Part shown: positions 42,597-51,680 of the stretch, piece after piece
Position numbering within the stretch: position 1 is the first letter of the stretch
How the letters are laid out: each line of letters starts with the position of its first letter
Virus record (IMG/VR): IMGVR_UViG_3300033182_000185
Origin: a virus
DNA: 56,633 nt
Strand: one strand, 5' to 3'
Program-made: the position numbers and the translations under genes
Notes under the pieces: generated by a model
Seen by the model: the letters and a program-made list of their open reading frames with translations, nothing else
The model's database searches: none
What the model was told of the DNA's origin: nothing

Positions 42597-43064
42597 ATGG
42601 GGAATATGGCAGCAAATCCAGTTAAACGTAGACATGGCCAAGAAGTACACAAAAGTGTATGGACTACGGCCAACAAGAAAAAAGTAATTGAAATGTTCGG
42701 GGCAGGAGCAACCGTAATTGAGGTATGCAGGTTCCTGGGCATCCATAAAGCTACGTTCTATCGGTGGCTCAAGGATGAGCGCAAGAGTGATTTCCAGCGT
42801 ACTGTTGAGCTGGGTATCCAGGCATCAGAAGCACATTGGATTCAGGTCGGTAGAGACAACCTGGAAAACAAATCCTTTAATACCTCCCTGTATGCATTTA
42901 TGATGGTCAACAAATTTAACTATCGTTCCACCTATTCCAAACAGGAAGTGGACAAAACTGAAACCAAGAAAACTACAGTTGAAGTCAAGAAGGCCGTGGA
43001 TGTTGACTCTATCATTGACAAACTGAACGAAAGCATGGAGGAGAAGCCTGAGCTTCTGAACTAA
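42597..43064 (+). CDS. terS: Terminase small subunit (HTH DNA-binding)
   Basis: 155 aa with the HTH 'ATVIEVCRFLGIHKATFYRWLKD'. It is the first gene of the late arm. An alternative start is at 42606. Confidence 0.6.
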   Translation: MGNMAANPVKRRHGQEVHKSVWTTANKKKVIEMFGAGATVIEVCRFLGIHKATFYRWLKDERKSDFQRTVELGIQASEAHWIQVGRDNLENKSFNTSLYAFMMVNKFNYRSTYSKQEVDKTETKKTTVEVKKAVDVDSIIDKLNESMEEKPELLN

Positions 43065-43065
43065 T

Positions 43066-43182
43066 ATGCCTAAAGTAGGAACCAAAAAATTCGCGTATAC
43101 CAAGACTGGAATGAAGAAAGCCAAGCAATACGCTAAGACAAGCGGAAAGAAGGTCCAGAAGAAGCCTTCTAAGGGGTACTGA
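43066..43182 (+). CDS. Lys-rich mini-protein (38 aa)
   Basis: Hand translation: MPKVGTKKFAYTKTGMKKAKQYAKTSGKKVQKKPSKGY*. It fits exactly between terS and the next gene. Confidence 0.4.
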   Translation: MPKVGTKKFAYTKTGMKKAKQYAKTSGKKVQKKPSKGY

Positions 43183-43183
43183 T

Positions 43184-44452
43184 ATGCCTGGGTATAGTGG
43201 TGGAGGATGGGGTGGTGATGGCAAAGCCGATTATGGCGAGGGCATGGGTACAAAAGGTGCGGCAGCAGCAGATCATTCTATTGGTATGGGCGCAGGTAGC
43301 TCAGAAAGAGAAATGTCAATCTCTGCCTTTAGGGATGCTATTGCTAGGGCTATGGGAGTAACAGCTGTAACTGAACAAGAAGCTGTAAGCCAGGCTCAGA
43401 CAGAAGCGGAACTAGATGCTATTGCTAATGCAAGAGCAAGATCAGCGGCAGTAGAAGCCAGAGACAAGGCTCAGAGAGAAGCAAGGGAGCAGCAAGAACG
43501 CGAAGCTATGATGGCAGAAATTGAAGCCATGCAAAACGTAAGCAATTTTGCAACTCCAGCTCCAGCAACTAAAGCAGTAGACCTTGATTATTATGATTCC
43601 AGGTTTGCTTCTCCTTATAGCATGGTAGATGAAACAGAAATTGACCCTTCCATGTTCGATGATCCGTTAGATAACTCTCCAGTTACGCCATCACCGCTTG
43701 CCCATTTGTCTACATATCATGGACAAAATACGCGTAACTTTAATACAACTGGTTTTGACCCATCTAGATCAACTGGATTACACGATCCACAAGGTACTGA
43801 AGCAGGACTTGCAGCGGCTCAAGCGGCTATAGATGGCTTGTCTGCTGGAAGCCGGACTATTGGCGCTCATCCATCTAAAGACCCTCGAATAGGTCTTCCT
43901 CTAGGAACGGGTAGACCTTCTACAGATATTGAAAATAGAGAGCCTGTAGACATGTATGGGCGTGTAGCTCCTATTGAAGATATCGAAGACCCAGAAGAAA
44001 AAGCAGCCGCATATGAAATGTTGGGTAAACTTCAAAAAGCAGCCAAAGAAGCTAGAACCCCTTGGGGAAAAGCCTTGAATACTATTATGGGATATGCAAT
44101 AAATGCAGTTCCAGGAATAGGCACGCTTAATATGATAGGCACAGCAATCAAGGCAGGTCTAGCTAAAGCAGGAATGAATGTTGACCCTAATATTATAGGG
44201 CAAGCAATTAGAGCGGCTCATGAAATAACAACTCAAGGTCCTTTGGGAGCTGGAGGAGTTTCAGTAGGGGCAAGAAACGATGCTTTTATTGAAGAATTTC
44301 TTAGGAATATTCCAGCTTCCTCGTATGAAGAGCCTTGGATGAAAGGTCTTAGCGAAAGGCAAATTCAATACTATCTTGATAGACCATCAGAATTAGAATG
44401 GGTTCGTAATTTATGGAATAGTATGAATCCTTCAGGAGGTATGGGGCAATAA
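43184..44452 (+). CDS. Hypothetical protein (422 aa) inserted between the terminase genes
   Basis: ORF track. It has a Gly-rich N-terminus, a charged coiled coil (AQREAREQQEREAMMAEIEA) and a hydrophobic segment 'IMGYAINAVPGIGTLNMIGTAIKAGLA'. Confidence 0.65.
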   Translation: MPGYSGGGWGGDGKADYGEGMGTKGAAAADHSIGMGAGSSEREMSISAFRDAIARAMGVTAVTEQEAVSQAQTEAELDAIANARARSAAVEARDKAQREAREQQEREAMMAEIEAMQNVSNFATPAPATKAVDLDYYDSRFASPYSMVDETEIDPSMFDDPLDNSPVTPSPLAHLSTYHGQNTRNFNTTGFDPSRSTGLHDPQGTEAGLAAAQAAIDGLSAGSRTIGAHPSKDPRIGLPLGTGRPSTDIENREPVDMYGRVAPIEDIEDPEEKAAAYEMLGKLQKAAKEARTPWGKALNTIMGYAINAVPGIGTLNMIGTAIKAGLAKAGMNVDPNIIGQAIRAAHEITTQGPLGAGGVSVGARNDAFIEEFLRNIPASSYEEPWMKGLSERQIQYYLDRPSELEWVRNLWNSMNPSGGMGQ

Positions 44453-44486
44453 GCCTTATTTTTTACGGTGTACTAACGGTGTAACA

Positions 44487-44792
44487 ATGGAGAAAAAAAT
44501 GGTAACAAATCAATTACGGGCTATGGACCGAATGTTTGAACGCATGATGGGTATGACGGGTCACCGCACCCCTCTTGCAATGGTCGAATCAGCAATGGAC
44601 AGGATGGAGTCGGCGCTTAGCTCGATTCCAACTAATGGTGAACAATTCACGGTATGGAAGCTTACCCCTACGAAGTATAGGACAGAGCTTCAAGAGGATG
44701 GTTCCATCCTGTTCAAAGTTGTACCAGAGGGTGAGTTCTCTGACGAGCTGAAAGGGCCTGACGTAAAAAAAGATGCCGATAAAGAGGTGTAA
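44487..44792 (+). CDS. Hypothetical protein
   Basis: ORF track, 101 aa. Confidence 0.55.
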   Translation: MEKKMVTNQLRAMDRMFERMMGMTGHRTPLAMVESAMDRMESALSSIPTNGEQFTVWKLTPTKYRTELQEDGSILFKVVPEGEFSDELKGPDVKKDADKEV

Positions 44793-44910
44793 TCTAAAGA
44801 GCGGCAAAAAGGGTTACAAGTGGGGTGACAAAGGAAAATGTTACCCCACTCGTGCTCAAGCTGAAAAGCAAGCAGCCGCAGCTTATGCGTCTGGATACAA
44901 GAAAAAGTGA
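44773..44910 (+). CDS. Lys-rich mini-protein (45 aa)
   Basis: Hand translation: MPIKRCNLKSGKKGYKWGDKGKCYPTRAQAEKQAAAAYASGYKKK*. Its stop overlaps the terL GTG start. The SD is weak. Confidence 0.35.
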   Translation: MPIKRCNLKSGKKGYKWGDKGKCYPTRAQAEKQAAAAYASGYKKK

Positions 44911-46568
44911 TACCTGAGATAAGTAAAGATGTATATGCCAATACCAAAAATGCAGAGGCAGCAATTGCTCTCGCTAAGTGGGCGCAAACTGCTGAGTATG
45001 ATCAAGTGGTTGCTGCATATACTCAGTGTCACCGTGATCCTAATCTTGATGATACCTTTATTCGTACTCTTGGGCAGCTTGACAGGTATTACCTTGGCGT
45101 TTTTCTATGCAATCGCCACGACATGCTTCATCCGTGGATATATGAAAGATGCCGTGATGTCGAAAGTGAAAGAGATAGAAGACTCGACTTATGGGCGCGT
45201 TTTCACTATAAAAGTACTATAATAACTTTTCTTGGTTGTATACAAGAAATATTATGTAATCCAGATATAACAATCGGTATTCTGTCTTATTCGTCTAAGC
45301 AGGCAAAGCCATTCCTTAGGCAGATAATGCAGGAGCTTGAAGCAAATGAAAAGTTGCAGGGGTTATATCCAGACATCCTATACGAAAAGCCTAGGCAACA
45401 AGCTCCTAAATGGGCTGAGAACGAAGGCCTCTGCGTAAAGAGAAAGGCTAACCCAAAAGAACAAACAGTCGAAGCGCATGGTCTGGTAGACGGACAGCCT
45501 ACAGGCAGACACTTTGGCTTGATTGTATACGATGACGTTGTTGTACAGGAGAGTGTATCAACTCCAGAGCAGATTGCAAAGACAACAACTCAATGGGAAC
45601 TATCACTGAACCTTGGCTCAACACATAATCCAAGATATCAGTATGCAGGCACCAGGTATTCTTACGGTGATACCTATGGAACAATCCTGCAAAGAGCGGC
45701 TGTAAAACCTAGAATACATACCGCAACACATAACGGGCAGATGGATGGCATGCCTGTGTTTCTCCAGCCAGAGCGTTGGGAAGAAATTAAAAAAACGACA
45801 TCCACATATACCGTAGCCTGTCAGCAGCTCCTAAACCCAATCGCAGGTAGCGATGTTGCATTCAAGGATGAATGGTGGAGGGAGTGGGAGGTTAGACCGT
45901 ATACTATGAACGTATACATCATGGTTGACCCTGCCAGTTCTAAAAAGAAAGAATCAAATAGAACAGCTATGTGCGTAGTTGGTGTTGATGCCAACTATAA
46001 TAAGTTTTTGCTTGACGGAGTCTGTCATAGACTTAGCCTTTCCGAAAGATGGGATAATCTAAAAAAGTTAAGGTCTAAGTGGAAGCGAGCACCTGGAGTA
46101 AGAGAAGTAAAAGTTGGTTACGAAAGGTACGGCGCTCAAAGCGATATTGAACATTTCCAAGAGATGATGCGTATAGAGGGAAGTAGCTTCCCGATATATG
46201 AACTGAACTGGGTTGGTGGTGGAGGGTCACAATCCAAGAAGGATAGGATACAAAGACTGGAACCAGATTTAAAGGACGGTTCTTTCTTTTGGCCTTACCC
46301 AACAGACAAGAAGATGTTGACATCTTTGCAGATGGATCACATGGAAAGGAAACAAGAGTTTCTTTTATCCAGAAAGATTATGTGTAGAGATGAGAATGGT
46401 AGTGCTTACGATCTTACCAAGTGGGTAAAGGATAACGAATACAATCTTTTCCCGACAATTCACCCAGACTTTTTGGATGCTTTATCTAGAATCTATGACA
46501 TGGATGCTACACCTCCAATCCTTAGATCATATAGGAAATTGGAGCCTGAAGCAGAGGCAGCGTACTAA
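44907..46568 (+). CDS. terL: Terminase large subunit
   Basis: 553 aa with a GTG start. The N-terminal half looks like an ATPase and the C-terminal half like a nuclease ('IMVDPASSKKKESNRTAMCVVG'). The overall layout is typical of T7-like/podoviral TerL. Confidence 0.85.
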   Translation: MIPEISKDVYANTKNAEAAIALAKWAQTAEYDQVVAAYTQCHRDPNLDDTFIRTLGQLDRYYLGVFLCNRHDMLHPWIYERCRDVESERDRRLDLWARFHYKSTIITFLGCIQEILCNPDITIGILSYSSKQAKPFLRQIMQELEANEKLQGLYPDILYEKPRQQAPKWAENEGLCVKRKANPKEQTVEAHGLVDGQPTGRHFGLIVYDDVVVQESVSTPEQIAKTTTQWELSLNLGSTHNPRYQYAGTRYSYGDTYGTILQRAAVKPRIHTATHNGQMDGMPVFLQPERWEEIKKTTSTYTVACQQLLNPIAGSDVAFKDEWWREWEVRPYTMNVYIMVDPASSKKKESNRTAMCVVGVDANYNKFLLDGVCHRLSLSERWDNLKKLRSKWKRAPGVREVKVGYERYGAQSDIEHFQEMMRIEGSSFPIYELNWVGGGGSQSKKDRIQRLEPDLKDGSFFWPYPTDKKMLTSLQMDHMERKQEFLLSRKIMCRDENGSAYDLTKWVKDNEYNLFPTIHPDFLDALSRIYDMDATPPILRSYRKLEPEAEAAY

Positions 46569-46741
46569 TGGCAAGAACCAGAAAAATAGGCAGGAAAACA
46601 TACAAGCCTAGGCGCGTAGCCTACCAGATGACGAACTCTCGTAAGTTCTATGAGAAGCAACCAAGATCAATTCCTTATGGAGTGTTACCTTATGTGCAGC
46701 CTCTTTATTGGACTGCCGGTTATTGCGAGAATGAGTTATGA
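46568..46741 (+). CDS. Basic mini-protein (57 aa)
   Basis: Hand translation: MARTRKIGRKTYKPRRVAYQMTNSRKFYEKQPRSIPYGVLPYVQPLYWTAGYCENEL*. It has a TAATG overlap with terL and an ATGA overlap with the next gene. Confidence 0.45.
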   Translation: MARTRKIGRKTYKPRRVAYQMTNSRKFYEKQPRSIPYGVLPYVQPLYWTAGYCENEL

Positions 46742-47115
46742 AAAAGCTTCTCTTATGTTTGATTTTAATTGCTTCGCCTGTTTTGGCGCAGAGTCCACCT
46801 AAGAACCCGCCGATAGGTATCACACCTGTCCCTGTAAGGATGCAGTTATTCTGTGCTGATTCTTTTGAGTTTCTAATGAATGTGCTTGCCGCAGACTTCA
46901 AAGAGCATCCTGTTATGATGGGATACCTTAAAGAAGGGCCTGCCAATGCTCACACTATGGTCTATTTTGTCAACAAAGAAAAGACTACATCAACTTTGGT
47001 TGTGTCTAAGAAAAGCAAAGACAAAGAAGAAGCCTGCATTATATGGTCTGGTAAAAGTCCTAGCGGCATGGCGTTCTCTTTAAACCCTAATCCTATGTTT
47101 GCTGATGAATTATGA
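46738..47115 (+). CDS. Secreted (signal-peptide) hypothetical protein
   Basis: 125 aa with the signal peptide 'MKKLLLCLILIASPVLAQSPP'. Confidence 0.6.
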   Translation: MKKLLLCLILIASPVLAQSPPKNPPIGITPVPVRMQLFCADSFEFLMNVLAADFKEHPVMMGYLKEGPANAHTMVYFVNKEKTTSTLVVSKKSKDKEEACIIWSGKSPSGMAFSLNPNPMFADEL

Positions 47116-47342
47116 CTAATACTATTAATATACCGGGATACATGCTAGGCGCAATTGTTTTTATTATAGGCCAGACTAGCACTGCAATATGGTGGGCGTC
47201 TGGAATCTCAAGTGATGTTGCAATGCTAAAGCAGGATAGAGATGAGATGGAAGAGATCATCGAGCATCTTGATGTGCTTGCCTATCGTATGGAACACTTG
47301 GAGAAACTGATTCAAAGAGCATTTGGCCCAGAGATAAAGTAG
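47112..47342 (+). CDS. Single-pass membrane protein (holin/spanin-class candidate)
   Basis: 76 aa. A TM segment 'GYMLGAIVFIIGQTSTAIWWA' is followed by a charged helix. Confidence 0.5.
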   Translation: MTNTINIPGYMLGAIVFIIGQTSTAIWWASGISSDVAMLKQDRDEMEEIIEHLDVLAYRMEHLEKLIQRAFGPEIK

Positions 47343-47503
47343 TGGACACGCTTGATCTTGCTGATGTTATGGCAATGTGGCCGATCTTTCTGGGGTTCAT
47401 TACTTTAGTAGTAGTGTTAGCCAAGATGCACGCAGAGATTGATACACTAAAAGAAAAGGTAAAGACTCTCTTTAATTTATTCAACGCAAGAGATAAGAAA
47501 TAA
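47342..47503 (+). CDS. Single-pass membrane mini-protein (53 aa)
   Basis: Hand translation with a GTG start overlapping the upstream stop: VDTLDLADVMAMWPIFLGFITLVVVLAKMHAEIDTLKEKVKTLFNLFNARDKK*. It has the same TM-plus-helix layout as the preceding gene. Confidence 0.4.
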   Translation: MDTLDLADVMAMWPIFLGFITLVVVLAKMHAEIDTLKEKVKTLFNLFNARDKK

Positions 47504-47787
47504 TGGCAACAAAGAAAGACCCAAGGCTTTCAAGAGCAGGCGTATCTGGATTCAATAAACCAAAAAGAACTCCTAGCCATCCTACTAAATCTCATGTTGT
47601 TGTTGCCAAAGAAGGTGACAAGGTTAAAACTATACGGTTTGGACAGCAAGGCGTATCTGGTGCAGGGAAAAATCCCTCAAGTGCAAAAGAAAAAGCAAGA
47701 AGAAAATCATTCAAGGCTAGACACGCCAGTAACATAAACAAAGGCAAAATGTCTGCGGCTTATTGGGCTAACAAAGTTAAATGGTAA
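47503..47787 (+). CDS. Basic hypothetical protein
   Basis: ORF track, 94 aa, Lys/Arg-rich (KEKARRKSFKARHASNINKGKMSAAYWANKVKW). Confidence 0.55.
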   Translation: MATKKDPRLSRAGVSGFNKPKRTPSHPTKSHVVVAKEGDKVKTIRFGQQGVSGAGKNPSSAKEKARRKSFKARHASNINKGKMSAAYWANKVKW

Positions 47788-47989
47788 ATGAAACACAAGC
47801 GCTGGCTTCTAAAAATCTTGCAAGTATGCGGTGATTATAGGTGCTATTAACCGCAAGGTCAAGATAAATCACCATCTAAAAAATGGGTTAAAGGATCATG
47901 AAAGGCGTCCCTCATTATTTCAAATACTCATAAAACTCATAATAATGAAACGAAAATATGATACTTCAACTGGCCATAATAGGAGATAA

Positions 47990-48442
47990 AATGAAAGAAA
48001 AATGGAATTCTTTAGACAGAAAAGTAAAGGTTTGGGTGTTGGCTGGCGTAGCCGTTTTGGTCGTAGTTGCGGCTATCTGGGGCTAGTCCTAGGATTAATC
48101 GGATGCGGGACAGTAAAGAAAGCAGGGATAGTAGCGACAGCGGCAGGGACGGGTGCCGTTGCGGGGACTGTGTTCAGTGGGGGTGCGATTGCGCCGATAG
48201 TGGGAGCCACGACAAGTGCCTTTGTGGCAGATGTGGCGACAGGGGTGACGGATACGTCCCAGACTACTATGGATAGTTGCGCTCCTGATAACTTCTGGAC
48301 ATTGCTTGGTTCCCTTGTGGAAATGGGTGGTTGGTTGCTTATTCTTGTAGTGGTAATTCCAATGGTGCTTGGATGGTTTCTCCCCGGCCCTGTAAAAATG
48401 AAGGGAAGGGAGCCAAAACACCCAAACCCCTTAATGAGATAA
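47990..48442 (+). CDS. Lipoprotein with a C-terminal TM segment (unimolecular-spanin-like architecture)
   Basis: Track ORF extended 4 codons to the ATG preceded by AGGAGATAAA. It has a lipobox 'LVLGLIGC', a Gly/Ala/Thr-rich middle and a C-terminal TM 'GGWLLILVVVIPMVLGWFL'. Confidence 0.5.
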   Translation, partial: NERKMEFFRQKSKGLGVGWRSRFGRSCGYLGLVLGLIGCGTVKKAGIVATAAGTGAVAGTVFSGGAIAPIVGATTSAFVADVATGVTDTSQTTMDSCAPDNFWTLLGSLVEMGGWLLILVVVIPMVLGWFLPGPVKMKGREPKHPNPLMR

Positions 48443-48485
48443 CAAATAAATCAGAAGCCCCTATTTTTTATGTATAAATGTTATA

Positions 48486-49529
48486 ATGAGAGAGTATATA
48501 AAAGATTGCGTTAAATCTTTTTTGATTGTTCTTATTTACATTTTTGTTTTGCTTTGTGTAATGTACGTTTCTATAGGAAAAGCAGATTTTAGATCAACTT
48601 TTCTTATTGGTGAGCCAGAGGGCAGGTATATATCTCCATATTCCACGTTGTCTTGGTTGTCAAATGATTTAGATGACAACTGGAGACTTAGTGTTATAGG
48701 AAGAATAAGCGGCGATACCCACGCTGATATTATGGCCAGAAGTACAGCAATTGACTTTGGAAGAATTGATGGGGTTCATAGAGATAGTTGGCGGAATCGT
48801 ATTAGCATTCTGCGTTCTAATGGTGTTGTTCCGGTAGTATGGTTGATTTCTGATGACAGTCAACAAATATACGACAAAGGGTTAAGTAACCAGATTGATT
48901 ACCAAAGTCAAGTTGTTTCTGCGGTTGATGATGTTGTTAGCCATTATGTTGTTTGTCTTGAGTGTGACGAATATTACAGCCCTTCAGATGTATCTACGCT
49001 GATAGGGGAACTCAGGAAAAAAACAACTAAGCCAATAGGAGTGCATCTTACGCCGGGGGTTAAGGCTGAGTACATTAAGGATGCAGACATAATATACCTT
49101 CAAACAGGGTTTAACCTTAATGAGCAACAGTTCAGACAACAGATTGAGAAGGCTCTTCGGTTTGGAAAACCAGTTGTCGTATCTGAGTACCACCTCCAAG
49201 GAACGTCAGCAGGAGCGAGAGCGTTTGGCGACATTGCTTGCTCCTACCCCGGAGTTGTCGGAACAGGAAACGGAAGAGGAGCAACGTCTTGTCAGACCCT
49301 AGAGTGGGGGCAGACAAAGAAGAAAAAGTGGTATCAACGCCACGAAAAAGAGTTGATCGTTACTGGCATAGGGATTGCCACCCTTTACGCAATGTACAAG
49401 GTAAACCAAAAGCCAAAGATAGACCTCTATCTAAATGATAACGAATACGAGATAGGGCTAAATACAGGCGGATACAACTTAAGATATACTGAAGATAGGA
49501 TAGCCGCTACATATAGGATAGAATTCTAA
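48486..49529 (+). CDS. Membrane-anchored hypothetical protein (possible glycoside-hydrolase-like barrel; weak)
   Basis: 347 aa with an N-terminal TM 'FLIVLIYIFVLLCVMYV' and a second TM near aa 290. Alternating beta-strand/acid motifs include 'VVCLECDEY' and 'PVVVSEYH'. No SD is present, and the ATG sits inside a TGnTATAAT element. Confidence 0.45.
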   Translation: MREYIKDCVKSFLIVLIYIFVLLCVMYVSIGKADFRSTFLIGEPEGRYISPYSTLSWLSNDLDDNWRLSVIGRISGDTHADIMARSTAIDFGRIDGVHRDSWRNRISILRSNGVVPVVWLISDDSQQIYDKGLSNQIDYQSQVVSAVDDVVSHYVVCLECDEYYSPSDVSTLIGELRKKTTKPIGVHLTPGVKAEYIKDADIIYLQTGFNLNEQQFRQQIEKALRFGKPVVVSEYHLQGTSAGARAFGDIACSYPGVVGTGNGRGATSCQTLEWGQTKKKKWYQRHEKELIVTGIGIATLYAMYKVNQKPKIDLYLNDNEYEIGLNTGGYNLRYTEDRIAATYRIEF

Positions 49530-50116
49530 TGGCAACAATTACATTAAGAGAAACAAAAGGCAGTCCATTATCATTTGCTGAGATGGATAGCAACCTAACT
49601 AATCTTAATAACGATAAGTTAGAGGTTATTAATAACCTTAATGCTACTGGCACTATGGATGCTAATGCCGACTATATTGCTATATACGATGCAAGCACTA
49701 GCCAGAATAAAAAGATTCTTGCTAATGATACAATTTTTTTTAACAGAGCATTAGTAATCAAAGTCATTGCAGACACTCTTCCTACTTATGTTGGAGATGG
49801 CATAGCGAGGATTGTTCTTCCATCAAACTTTGATGGCCTAAATTTGAAATCAATTGGCGGTCATGTCTATACTCCCGGAGTAGGGTCAACAACTAATATT
49901 CAGGTTCACAATGAAAGCAAAGGTCAGGATATGTTAAGTACATTGCTTACCATTGATGCGGGAGAGAATGATTCAAGTACTGCCGCTACGCCTGCCGTTA
50001 TTAATACGTCTACTAATAATGTAAATGATGGTAATGTTATTAGATTTGATATTGACCAAATTGGTTCGACAACTGCGGCTAATGGCCTTGAACTTAGATT
50101 GGAGTTTGGCGCTTGA
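49529..50116 (+). CDS. Tail-fibre-like protein
   Basis: 195 aa. The N-terminus 'TLRETKGSPLSFAEMDSNLTNLN' is a pattern common at fibre N-termini. Confidence 0.45.
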   Translation: MATITLRETKGSPLSFAEMDSNLTNLNNDKLEVINNLNATGTMDANADYIAIYDASTSQNKKILANDTIFFNRALVIKVIADTLPTYVGDGIARIVLPSNFDGLNLKSIGGHVYTPGVGSTTNIQVHNESKGQDMLSTLLTIDAGENDSSTAATPAVINTSTNNVNDGNVIRFDIDQIGSTTAANGLELRLEFGA

Positions 50117-50952
50117 GCGGATTTAAGGGATACCCTCCCGGTGTACAGATACTTGCTCCTGTTCCAGATATATTTGTTGCAGTAAATACTGACCAAGAAG
50201 AAATTAGGAAAAATATAAAACATAATATTTCTCTTGGTTTAAAACAAGTAACTCCTCACGAAACCCAATGGAATCGTGAAGTTTGTTTAATTACAGGAGG
50301 CCCATCTTTAAAGGATACTTTTCATATTGTTGAGAAGCGAAAGAAAGATGGTGTTCCAATTATTGCGGTAAACGGAACGTATAAGTATTGCATTGAAAGA
50401 GGGGTTGATCCTTCTGCTTTTGTAATGCTAGACAGTAGAGAGTTTAACAATAGGTTTGTTGATCCAGTTAAAGATGGTTGTAAATATCTTATAGCATCTC
50501 AATGTCATCCATCAGTTTTTAAGAAACTAAAGGATAGGGATGTTTGGTTGTGGCATTGCGATACTCAAGAAGAAAACATTGACCTTCTTCGTGATCAATA
50601 CGGAAAAGAATATATAGATTTTTTTCCTATCATGGGAGGCTCTACAGTAACCCTAAGAGCGTTACACTTACTTAGGATACTGGGCTTTCATAAGTTTGAG
50701 ATTTTTGGTTTTGATAGTTGTATCATGGATCATCACCACGCTTATGAACAGCCAGAGAATGACAAAGAGCAAGAGATAGATTTGGTTGTAGGTGGGAAGC
50801 AATTCAGATGTACTGTAGCCCATTATCATCAAGCAAAAGAGTTTGTTCAGTTAGTCGGCGCTACTGGATCAAACTATGATCTTATAGTTCATGGTGATGG
50901 ACTTATATCACATATTATTAAAAATCCAGAATCTTTAAAGGAGGCGGCTTAA
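50113..50952 (+). CDS. DUF115 (MptE/Maf-like) protein, putative glycosyltransferase
   Basis: 279 aa with 'CLITGGPSLKD', 'IIAVNGTYKYCIERGVDPSAFVMLD' and 'GGSTVTLRALHLLRILGFHKFEIFGFD'. Confidence 0.55.
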   Translation: MSGFKGYPPGVQILAPVPDIFVAVNTDQEEIRKNIKHNISLGLKQVTPHETQWNREVCLITGGPSLKDTFHIVEKRKKDGVPIIAVNGTYKYCIERGVDPSAFVMLDSREFNNRFVDPVKDGCKYLIASQCHPSVFKKLKDRDVWLWHCDTQEENIDLLRDQYGKEYIDFFPIMGGSTVTLRALHLLRILGFHKFEIFGFDSCIMDHHHAYEQPENDKEQEIDLVVGGKQFRCTVAHYHQAKEFVQLVGATGSNYDLIVHGDGLISHIIKNPESLKEAA

Positions 50953-51396
50953 ATGGCGGCTACAGCATGGAGTTTTTACAACAGTTTCAGAGAATATCTG
51001 GGCAACGGACAGTTTGACCTAGACGGCACTGGGACTGGTTTTTATATGGCGCTTCATACAAGTGCGGCTAGTGCAAATGTTAACAACGTAGCGTTGTCAA
51101 CGCAAGCCTCTCTTGGTAACGAAGTGGCTAATGGTAATGGGTACGCTACTGGTGGTAAATCAGTTACGGCTCGTACTTGGGCATCCGCCGCTACAAACAA
51201 GTATCGGTTTGATTCCACTGCTTGTGTTTGGACTGCAACTGGCGGAGACATCAATAACGTCAAGTACGCTGTAATCTACCAAGATGGCGGCAAGTTGGTG
51301 TGTTGGTCACGACTTACTACTTCTCAGTTTAACTTAACCCAAAATAATACACTTACCGTTACGCCTAGTTCTAACGGTATCTTTGAACTTACGTAG
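50953..51396 (+). CDS. Hypothetical tail-module protein
   Basis: ORF track, 147 aa. Confidence 0.55.
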   Translation: MAATAWSFYNSFREYLGNGQFDLDGTGTGFYMALHTSAASANVNNVALSTQASLGNEVANGNGYATGGKSVTARTWASAATNKYRFDSTACVWTATGGDINNVKYAVIYQDGGKLVCWSRLTTSQFNLTQNNTLTVTPSSNGIFELT

Positions 51397-51404
51397 GAGG
51401 AGTC

Positions 51405-51671
51405 ATGGCATTAGAATCAGCATCGTGGGTAACGCAATTAAATACGTCAAACCCCACCACATCTGACCCTGTTAGTGAGGGCGATGATCATCTCCGAATG
51501 TTGAAAACCGTTCTTCAGAATAGTTTTCCTTCTACTTCGACTGCCGCTATTATTCCTAACGTATCTGGGCAGTCTGGTAAATATCTAACCACAGACGGCA
51601 CTGACACTTCATGGGGAACCGTAACAGCGGCTAGTCCCGGCTTTGCAGTCGCTATGGCTATTGCTTTATAG
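51405..51671 (+). CDS. Short protein with a tail-fibre N-terminal-type motif
   Basis: 88 aa with SD GGAGGAG. It contains 'SWVTQLNTSNPTTSDPVSEGDDHLRMLKTVLQNSFP', the fibre-anchor-like 'GDDH(I/L)R..K' pattern. Confidence 0.5.
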   Translation: MALESASWVTQLNTSNPTTSDPVSEGDDHLRMLKTVLQNSFPSTSTAAIIPNVSGQSGKYLTTDGTDTSWGTVTAASPGFAVAMAIAL

Positions 51672-51680
51672 GGGATACAA

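Noticed and set aside
42049-42746. ORFs 42049-42237 (-), 42357-42746 (-), 42479-42742 (-) and 42718-42903 (+)
   Set aside because: They run through the iterons, DnaA boxes, the (TA)n-like tract or antisense or out of frame to terS. Their products are Ile/Tyr/Asn low-complexity strings generated by AT-rich repeats.
48479-48487. Perfect extended -10 (TGTTATAAT) upstream of the 347-aa membrane protein
   Set aside because: The element overlaps the annotated ATG (48486) itself, so it cannot serve that start. It may be a chance match in AT-rich sequence, or the true start is a downstream Met (48561). This is unresolved, so it is not called as a promoter.
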